Assembly (NCBI GenBank): GCA_018883245.1
Contig: VEQL01000012.1
Span: forward strand, 3,079-67,078
Source of the DNA: Chthoniobacterales bacterium
GTDB lineage: Bacteria; Verrucomicrobiota; Verrucomicrobiia; Chthoniobacterales; JACTMZ01
Reading direction: 5' to 3'
DNA length: 64,000 bases
Part shown: positions 28,969 to 35,704 of the stretch, in pieces
How the letters are laid out: each line of letters starts with the position of its first letter
How positions within the stretch are numbered: the stretch's first letter is position 1
Translations under genes and position numbers: made by a program
The notes under the pieces: model-generated
Seen by the model: only the letters and a program-made list of their open reading frames with translations
Database searches by the model: none
Told to the model about the DNA's origin: nothing

Positions 28969-29997
28969 TCAGGGATTTGGCGGCTGGAGCGGGAGTTCGA
29001 GCCATGCCAACCCGATATCCCGTCCCATGTGGCTGATGCTGTCCGAACCGGGCGCATCGTAGAACAGCGCGAGCCGCCCTTCGATGGGCACGACGGATGG
29101 CATGCCAATGCAGGCGTGGCTCCAAGAGCAGTTCTGGCCGTCCAGAACCACCGCCTTTTGGCTGGCGTCCCAGCGGCGCGGGTCCCTGCTCCAGTAAACC
29201 CAGATCGCATCGGTGAACTCCGCGCGATGGTCTATTCCCACATGGTTGGTGAAGAGAAACCAGAAGCCATTCCGCGGCTCGAAATAGAGCGAAGAGTTTT
29301 CAATCTGCTCGGTCACGGGCAGGAGAGGTTCCGGCGAGACCGCCCAAGGGCCATCCGGATGATCAGCCTGCAAGAGGCCGAGAGTCCGATGGATATCGCA
29401 ACGTCCCTCGGTCACGGTTCCGCTGGCTGCACTGAAAAATTGACAGATTTTTCCATCATGCTCGAAGACGAATCCCGGGCTGGCCGTTTCCCCGTAATAC
29501 GTTCCTTCGACGGGGTGAACGATCTCGACATCATAACGCTTCGTCCAGGGACCGCTTAAATCCGCGGCCTCCGCTTTGCAGCTCAAGTAGGGGACGTGTG
29601 GGATGCAGTCCGGTGCCGGGGTGGTCTTTTGACACCCCACGTAGTAGGCGTGCCAGCGGTCGCCATGGCGGAAGAACCATGGGGAGGCCGCGGTGTGGGA
29701 GTCCGGACGGCCGGGTTCACCAAGTTCGAGAATCGGGCCGTGGCGGCGCCAGTTTTTCAAGTCCGTGGAGGTGGCCAGACAGGCCCTCCAGCCGACACCC
29801 GGCTCGGCGCCGTCATAAAAAAGATAATAGGTGCCGGAATCATGGACGACACTGGCTTCCCGTGCACCGCCCGCATCGCACCGCCCCGGGCCTTCCCCGT
29901 GACGGAAGATTCGCCCGGCGTCCGTGGCATTCATCCGCAGACGGGCGGTGGGTCGGTTGTCGATATAGGTTTTCATGGAGAAATCTTCATTGTTCAA
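28969..29997 (-). CDS. five-bladed beta-propeller glycoside hydrolase-like protein (GH43/GH32-clan-like), no signal peptide
   Basis: 342 aa. Repeated W/Y-rich blade motifs (SVVHDSGTYYLFYDG, SPWFFRHGDRWHAYYVG, SLYFEPRNGFWFLFTNH). Family assignment is tentative. Alternative start at 29976. Confidence 0.45.
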   Translation of the reverse strand: MNNEDFSMKTYIDNRPTARLRMNATDAGRIFRHGEGPGRCDAGGAREASVVHDSGTYYLFYDGAEPGVGWRACLATSTDLKNWRRHGPILELGEPGRPDSHTAASPWFFRHGDRWHAYYVGCQKTTPAPDCIPHVPYLSCKAEAADLSGPWTKRYDVEIVHPVEGTYYGETASPGFVFEHDGKICQFFSAASGTVTEGRCDIHRTLGLLQADHPDGPWAVSPEPLLPVTEQIENSSLYFEPRNGFWFLFTNHVGIDHRAEFTDAIWVYWSRDPRRWDASQKAVVLDGQNCSWSHACIGMPSVVPIEGRLALFYDAPGSDSISHMGRDIGLAWLELPLQPPNP

Positions 29998-30254
29998 CCC
30001 TCGCCGGCTCGTGCCCCGACGATGCTGATCTCAGCAAGGCGTGCAGATACTTTCAACGAGGGAAATTTTGCGGGGCCGATGATTCGATTTTTTTCAGACG
30101 GAAAGTCCGGGCGCAATCGTTTTTCGCCTCTGCTGCCGGAGACGTGAAGAGAATTTTTATTTGCACCCGGAGCGGTTTGAATTTTGCCGCAGCCGCAGCC
30201 GCGGCGCGGTGACCGGTGCCGGGACCAACGGGTGGCGCCTTGCCACCGGAAAAA

Positions 30255-30569
30255 TCAATCAAGGTGGAAGACTTCCCGCAGATCGCGCGACCATGGTGAG
30301 CCGTCTGCATGGTATTTCATGAGCGGCTTCATATGGTCCCACCAGCGCCGGCATACGTCGGTGGATGCGATGGAGGCCCATGCGACTTCATCCTCGATCT
30401 CGACATAGCCGAAAAGGAGATGCGTGTCCTTGTCGTGGAAGATCGAGTAATTGTGCACGCCCTTCGACGCAAAAAGGTCGGCGAGTTCCTGCCAGATCGG
30501 GCTGTGTCGCTTTTCATATTCTTCCACCTGATCGGGGAAGACCTGCATGAGGAATGCTTTGCGGATCAT
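30255..30569 (-). CDS. rhaM: L-rhamnose mutarotase
   Basis: 104 aa from internal ATG 30569 of track ORF 30255..30803. MIRKAFLMQVFPDQVEEYEKRHSPIWQEL...NYSIFHDKDTHLLFGYVEI is the RhaM/YiiL signature. Confidence 0.85.
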   Translation of the reverse strand: MIRKAFLMQVFPDQVEEYEKRHSPIWQELADLFASKGVHNYSIFHDKDTHLLFGYVEIEDEVAWASIASTDVCRRWWDHMKPLMKYHADGSPWSRDLREVFHLD

Positions 30570-30619
30570 GATTTTGGTCAGTTTCCCGCAAAAAGTTCGC
30601 GTTGGAAATGTTCGACTAA

Positions 30620-30644
30620 GGTGACCACAAAAAGATTGGTCACC
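30620..30644. promoter_or_regulatory. perfect 8-bp inverted repeat, candidate operator of the adjacent GntR-HTH regulator
   Basis: GGTGACCA-caaaaagat-TGGTCACC, read directly in the rhaM/regulator divergent intergenic region. A third TGGTCA half-site lies at 30575-30580. T(G)GT...AC(C)A-type palindromes are typical GntR-family operators. Confidence 0.45.
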
Positions 30645-30865
30645 GGCTACTGCAGCAAAACCTGCTTGCCGCGCTCCGAGGCCGCCCCGGTCTGCGCGTG
30701 GTGCATGTTGGGCGTGGTGGCGACGGCCGCGGCGGCGATGCGCGCTGATACGGTATGGTCGATGGTCGACAGGGCAAAAAGATAGCGGACGGGGTTCCGG
30801 CACGGCATCGGCAATTTTTCGCGGCTTCCTTGTCTCCCGGGAATTTTTTAGAACGGGTCCCGCCG

Positions 30866-31936
30866 ATGAAAAAACACGAAAAAATCGCGGCGATGCTCCA
30901 GGAGAGAATTGTCCTGGGCGACTACACGCTGATCGGCGTTCCCGGGGTGCGGCAGTTGGCGGCGGAGTGCGGGGTCGCGGTGATGACCGCGCACCGCGCG
31001 GTGCAGTTGCTCAAGCAGCGTGGTCTGCTGGAAAAGCGCGGCCCGGGCCGGCGCAAAAGTTCCGTTCGCCGGGTGTCCAAGCAGCCTTTCACCGTGGGAT
31101 TGCTCATGCCGGTCAGCACCACAGCTTACGCATGGACATGGCAGAGTGCGGTTCTGGCGTCAGCTTCGCGGCGGGGGATCGTGGTGCGCGAGGTTGTCTG
31201 CCGGCATTGGACAGACACGATGGTCTCCGAATCGCTCAAGGGATTCGACGGCGTGTTCGCCTTGCAATTTCCGCCCGAACTGCCCGGCCATACGCGGCAA
31301 ATTCTGACGGCGAGCGGCACTCCGATGATCTCGCTGGACCAGGATTTGACCGGGTGCGGCATTCCTTCGCTCCTTGCCTTTCCTCCCGCCTGTTCAACCG
31401 TCCTGCTCGACCACTTTTACCGTCTCGGCCACCGGCGCATCAGTTGCCTGAACACCTTTCCCCTCGTGGCCGACATTCCCCAGCGCATCGCGCAGTGGAG
31501 TGACTGGATGGGCGAAAAAGGGCTCGAGGCGCACATCATCGGCCGTCCGCCACCGTCCTTCTTGGGAACGGAGGTTTATTTCCGCCGCGCGCACAAGCTG
31601 GTTTACGAAATGGCGAGGAAGAAGAAGCTGCCGGCCACGGCGTTTTTCTGCCCGACGGTCTGGTCGGCCTTGGGTGCGATGCGCGCGCTGCAGGAGGCGG
31701 GGCTTCGTGTCGGAAGGGATGTCTCGGTGGGGGCCGTCAATGACGAGGGCATGGCGGAACTTGTCTATCCCGCGCTCACGTCGGTCCGCATGCCGGATCT
31801 CGGCCCCCAACTCGGCAGGTGCCTGGATTGGATGCTCGCCGGAGGAAAGCGCCAAGGCGATCTGCGCCTGCGGCCGCCCCGGACCTGCTTTTTCGAGGGC
31901 GGTTCCAGCGGACGGGTCGTGCGGTCCGGCCGCTGA
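30866..31936 (+). CDS. AraR-like chimeric regulator (GntR-type winged HTH + LacI/PBP-type sugar-binding domain)
   Basis: 356 aa from ATG 30866. N-terminus IAAMLQERIVLGDYTLIGVPGVRQLAAECGVAVMTAHRAVQLLKQRGLL is a GntR HTH. The C-terminus (FFCPTVWSALGAMRALQEAGLRVGRDVSVGAVND) is LacI-type periplasmic-binding fold. Confidence 0.7.
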   Translation: MKKHEKIAAMLQERIVLGDYTLIGVPGVRQLAAECGVAVMTAHRAVQLLKQRGLLEKRGPGRRKSSVRRVSKQPFTVGLLMPVSTTAYAWTWQSAVLASASRRGIVVREVVCRHWTDTMVSESLKGFDGVFALQFPPELPGHTRQILTASGTPMISLDQDLTGCGIPSLLAFPPACSTVLLDHFYRLGHRRISCLNTFPLVADIPQRIAQWSDWMGEKGLEAHIIGRPPPSFLGTEVYFRRAHKLVYEMARKKKLPATAFFCPTVWSALGAMRALQEAGLRVGRDVSVGAVNDEGMAELVYPALTSVRMPDLGPQLGRCLDWMLAGGKRQGDLRLRPPRTCFFEGGSSGRVVRSGR

Positions 31937-32003
31937 CGGACCGCGGCGGCATTTTGCCGTTGACGCCGCCTCCAAAAGTAGAACAAAAACGTCTAATTTC
32001 TTT

Positions 32004-34784
32004 ATGAGCAAAACCTCCCGTTCGTCAAAGCCGCGCGCTTCCGCCCCCCGCAAAGTCCATTATGTCCTCAGCACGCACTGGGACCGCGAGTGGTATCAGA
32101 CTTTCCAGGACTACCGCCACCGCCTGGTGAAATTGATGGACCGCACCTTGGATGACATTGCCTCGGGCGCGCTCCGGGGGTCCTTCACCACCGACGGCCA
32201 GGCGATTATTTTGGACGACTATCTGGAGGTTCGTCCGGAGCGCAGGGAGCAGGTTTTGCAATACGCGCGGAACGGAAAGCTCAAGATCGGTCCCTGGTTC
32301 GTGCTGCCCGACGAGTGGCTGGTTTCCGGCGAGTCGATGGTTCGCAACCTGCGGCTAGGACGCGATATCGCGCGGCAGTTCGGCGCAGTGCCGTCGGACG
32401 CGGGATTTGTCTGCGACTTGTTCGGTCATGTCGGCCAGCTGCCCCAGATTCTCGCCGGGTTCGGCATCAAAGGGGCTTTTCTCTGGCGGGGTCTGGAACC
32501 GCAGAAGGAGGCGAATTTTTTCTGGGAGGGAAGCGACGGCACCCGCATGCCCTGCTACCAGTTCGGGCGGGCGGGCTACTGCGATTACACCTATGACGTG
32601 AGGCGCAGCACGCAGCCGGACGTTGTGTTCGATGCGGAGCGGGCGTTGAAGGACCTGAAGGGGTTCCTGGCCAAGGAGTCCGCCCGGACTAACCTCCCGC
32701 CGATGATCGTTTTCGACGGCGGCGATCACCTGGAATATGACGCCGAGCATTACGGGGTCCTGTTCGGGCGGAAGACCGGGGCGGATTTTCCCTACGAGAT
32801 CGTTCACAGCACACTCGACGAGTATCTCGACGACATGATCGCGCACGCCGGGAAGATCACCCGCGTCGTGCGGGGCGAACTCCGCGATCCGGGCCGGCGC
32901 CCGCACGTCGAGGACTTCGGTTATCTTATTCCCAGCGTTCTTTCCAGCCGGGTCTGGATCAAACAGGCGAACGCGGACTGCCAGGCGCTGCTGTGCCACT
33001 GGGCCGAGCCGTTCGGGGCGATGGCCGACGCTTTGGCCGGACTTCCGTATCCGCAGGCGTTTCTCGACACCGCGTGGCGCTGGCTTTTGATGAACCACCC
33101 TCACGATTCCATCTGCGGGTGCAGCATTGACGCTGTCCACGAGGACATGAAATACCGCTTCGCGCAGAGCCGCCAGATTGCCGACCGGCAAACCGCGGAG
33201 TCGCTCAGAACCCTGGCCGCCGCGGTGGAAGGAGAGATCGGACCGAAGGAGTTCCGCGTGCTCGTGGCCAATCCGCTGGCCACCGTTCTGGACGAACCGG
33301 TCGAACTGACATTGAAGATCCCCGCCGAGTGGCTGAGTTTCCAGGAGGGCTTCGGCTTCGAGCCCAAACCGGGGTTCCGGATTTTCGACGCCGCGGGCAA
33401 GGAGGTTCCCTACCAGCGTGTCGCCCAAGCCCTCAATCGCACCAAGGTCCGCATCCGCCGGACCAAATACCCGCAGGCCTACAAAACGAACGACGTCACG
33501 GTTTGTCTCCCGATGCAATTGCCTGCGCTCGGTTACACGACGCTCACCGTGCGCGAGGGCGAGCTTTCCCCGAAGGACGAGATTGTGCCCGAGGCCATGC
33601 TGCCGACCCGGTATCCGGAGTGGCCCGGCTTGGCCACCAGCGCCCAGTCGATGGAGAACGAATTTCTCGCCGTGATGGTGGAAAGCAACGGAACGCTGAC
33701 CTTGACCGACAAGCGCACGGGCCAAATTTATCCCGGCTTGCTGGCCTTCGAGGATATCGCGGACATCGGCGACGGTTGGTATCACGGGCAGGCGTTGAAC
33801 GATCAGGCATTCGTCTCGACCGGGGCCGCCGCCGACATCGCGCTCGAGCACAACGGGCCGCTGCTCTCGCGCTTCCGTGTGCGCACCGTTCTGCGCGTGC
33901 CGGCGGAATTCCGCTTCGACCGCATGGTGCGGGCGGCGGAATTTGCCGAACTTGTGATCGACAGCCGGATCACCCTGAAAAAAGGGTCCGATCGCCTTGA
34001 AATCGAGACCACTGTCGGAAATGCGGCGAAGGACCACCGGGTCCGTGTGCTGTTTCCCTCGGGAGTCAAGGCCGCGACCTATCTGGCCGATGGCGCGTTT
34101 GATGTCGTCGAACGCGACATCGCCCTGCCCGGGGACAATCACCTCGGGCGCGAAACCGCCGTCGAGCCCCGTCCGCAGCAAACGTGGACGGCCGTGTCCG
34201 ATGCGCGGCGCGGCCTCGCGGTCGTGTCCAGCGGCCTGCTCGAAACCTGCGTGCGCGATTTGCCGGGGCGTCCGCTCGCCCTCACGCTTTTCCGCTCCAC
34301 GCGCCGCACGGTCATGACTGATGGCGAGCCGGAAGGGCAGTTGCTGGGTGATCTCCGCTTCCGCTACTGGGTGGTGCCGTTCCGCGGCGCGGCCAACCGC
34401 GCGCGGCTTTCCAATCTCGGAGTTCTCCTCGGTGCGGGGCTGCGCGACGAGCAGATGACCGCGGTCGATATTTCCCTCCACAAAGAGCAGGGCCGACCCG
34501 AACTGCCGCCCTCCGCCTCCTTCCTCAAGGTTGGCGGGGATGTCGTGGTCACCAGCGTGCGCGAGGTGGATGGAGCCCTCGAAGTCCGGCTGTTCAACCC
34601 GAACGTGAAAACCGCTGCGGCGACCCTCGATTTCCGTGGCCGTCCCAAAGGTGCCCCGACGCCGCGCCGTGCGCAGGCTGTGAATTTCGAAAGCCGGCCG
34701 GCGGGCAAGTCCTCTGCCTTCACCGGTATTTTCAAGACATCGCTCAAGCCGAAACAAATCCTCACCGTGAGTTTTTCCCCATGA
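32004..34784 (+). CDS. GH38 family alpha-mannosidase/mannosylglycerate-hydrolase-like enzyme, no signal peptide
   Basis: 926 aa from ATG 32004. VHYVLSTHWDREWYQTFQDYR is the GH38 N-terminal metal-site motif, and LMNHPHDSICGCS follows downstream. Confidence 0.75.
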   Translation: MSKTSRSSKPRASAPRKVHYVLSTHWDREWYQTFQDYRHRLVKLMDRTLDDIASGALRGSFTTDGQAIILDDYLEVRPERREQVLQYARNGKLKIGPWFVLPDEWLVSGESMVRNLRLGRDIARQFGAVPSDAGFVCDLFGHVGQLPQILAGFGIKGAFLWRGLEPQKEANFFWEGSDGTRMPCYQFGRAGYCDYTYDVRRSTQPDVVFDAERALKDLKGFLAKESARTNLPPMIVFDGGDHLEYDAEHYGVLFGRKTGADFPYEIVHSTLDEYLDDMIAHAGKITRVVRGELRDPGRRPHVEDFGYLIPSVLSSRVWIKQANADCQALLCHWAEPFGAMADALAGLPYPQAFLDTAWRWLLMNHPHDSICGCSIDAVHEDMKYRFAQSRQIADRQTAESLRTLAAAVEGEIGPKEFRVLVANPLATVLDEPVELTLKIPAEWLSFQEGFGFEPKPGFRIFDAAGKEVPYQRVAQALNRTKVRIRRTKYPQAYKTNDVTVCLPMQLPALGYTTLTVREGELSPKDEIVPEAMLPTRYPEWPGLATSAQSMENEFLAVMVESNGTLTLTDKRTGQIYPGLLAFEDIADIGDGWYHGQALNDQAFVSTGAAADIALEHNGPLLSRFRVRTVLRVPAEFRFDRMVRAAEFAELVIDSRITLKKGSDRLEIETTVGNAAKDHRVRVLFPSGVKAATYLADGAFDVVERDIALPGDNHLGRETAVEPRPQQTWTAVSDARRGLAVVSSGLLETCVRDLPGRPLALTLFRSTRRTVMTDGEPEGQLLGDLRFRYWVVPFRGAANRARLSNLGVLLGAGLRDEQMTAVDISLHKEQGRPELPPSASFLKVGGDVVVTSVREVDGALEVRLFNPNVKTAAATLDFRGRPKGAPTPRRAQAVNFESRPAGKSSAFTGIFKTSLKPKQILTVSFSP

Positions 34785-34803
34785 ACGCGTGACGAACGCG
34801 GCG

Positions 34804-34988
34804 GCAGCCCGCCCGCTCCGGCCCGGAGCATCCTTGTCATGAACCCATTTCCCCATTCCAGAACCGCCCCCATGAACTCTCCCTTCCATCGATTGTGTCC
34901 CGATCACCGGGACCAAGCGGCTGTCACGGACTCGATCACCGAACCAAAACCAGATCCACAATGAAAAACCCAACACTCCGATTCACCG
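34804..34988 (+). repeat. leader + signal-peptide-start cassette, copy 1
   Basis: Aligns over its full length with 43280-43463, with 7 substitutions and one 1-nt indel. Flanking sequences are unrelated. Confidence 0.85.
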
Positions 34989-35692
34989 TTCGCGGCATCG
35001 TCGCGGTCTTCTTCCTCACCACTTTCGCGCCTGCTCAAGATCAGGCCAATGCCCCCGCTTCCCGTGACGACCTATTCGTGGAATACCTTTTCGAGGGCAA
35101 TGCCAACGACACGTCGGGCAATGGCAACGATGGGGAAATGCAGGGGCAACCCGGCTTCGTCGGGGGCCGGCAAGGGGAGTGTCTATCGTTGAAAGGAGCG
35201 GGCGATTACATCGACACCCTTATCCCATCGGCCGCTCTGGGCGACACGTTCACCGTCGAATGCTGGGTGAAGCCGGACGCGCAGCAGAACCCCTACGCCA
35301 ACATTTTCGGCAACCATGCGGATCAGGGGTATGGATTCGTGATGCAGCAGGACGGCGCAACCCTCAACCGCTACAGCGTCTCGTATGGGGCGCAAACAGA
35401 AACTGTCAGTTGGGTCACGACGCCTCCGGTGCAGTTGGCCGCGAACAAGTGGCAGCACGTGGCGCTGGTCAAGACGCCGGAAACCCTCTCGTTCTACCTC
35501 GACGGCAAGGAGGTTGCCTCGGTTCCCGCCACGCCGCCGGCCGCCCCTGCACCGACAACGATCCGTATCGGACTCGGATACACGGATCCACAGCGTTGTT
35601 TCCGCGGCTTGATCGACGAATTCCGCATCTGGAACAAGGCGGTCACCGATTTCACCGAGAGTCTTTCGCCGGAAAAGCCGGCGAAGCCATAA
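34961..35692 (+). CDS. secreted stand-alone LamG (concanavalin A-like lectin) domain protein
   Basis: 243 aa. Signal MKNPTLRFTVRGIVAVFFLTTFAPAQD. LamG hallmarks TFTVECWVKP...WQHVALV...LIDEFRIWNKAVT. Close paralog of the N-terminal module of the next gene. Confidence 0.7.
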   Translation: MKNPTLRFTVRGIVAVFFLTTFAPAQDQANAPASRDDLFVEYLFEGNANDTSGNGNDGEMQGQPGFVGGRQGECLSLKGAGDYIDTLIPSAALGDTFTVECWVKPDAQQNPYANIFGNHADQGYGFVMQQDGATLNRYSVSYGAQTETVSWVTTPPVQLAANKWQHVALVKTPETLSFYLDGKEVASVPATPPAAPAPTTIRIGLGYTDPQRCFRGLIDEFRIWNKAVTDFTESLSPEKPAKP

Positions 35693-35704
35693 ACAAGTTC
35701 CACC

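Noticed and set aside
30231-30247. Hairpin GGTGGC-gcctt-GCCACC just beyond the rhaM stop, considered as an intrinsic terminator.
   Set aside because: On the rhaM (minus) transcript the T-run precedes the stem rather than following it, and no plus-strand gene ends here. It is not a canonical terminator.
31500-32003. Long N-terminal extensions in track ORFs (31500, 49315, 20313, 24320, 9210, 874, 30755, 26933, and on the minus strand 15131, 16347 and 30803).
   Set aside because: The extensions overlap the preceding gene or are Arg-rich nonsense. Internal ATG/GTG codons give canonical family N-termini or signal peptides, and these were used instead.
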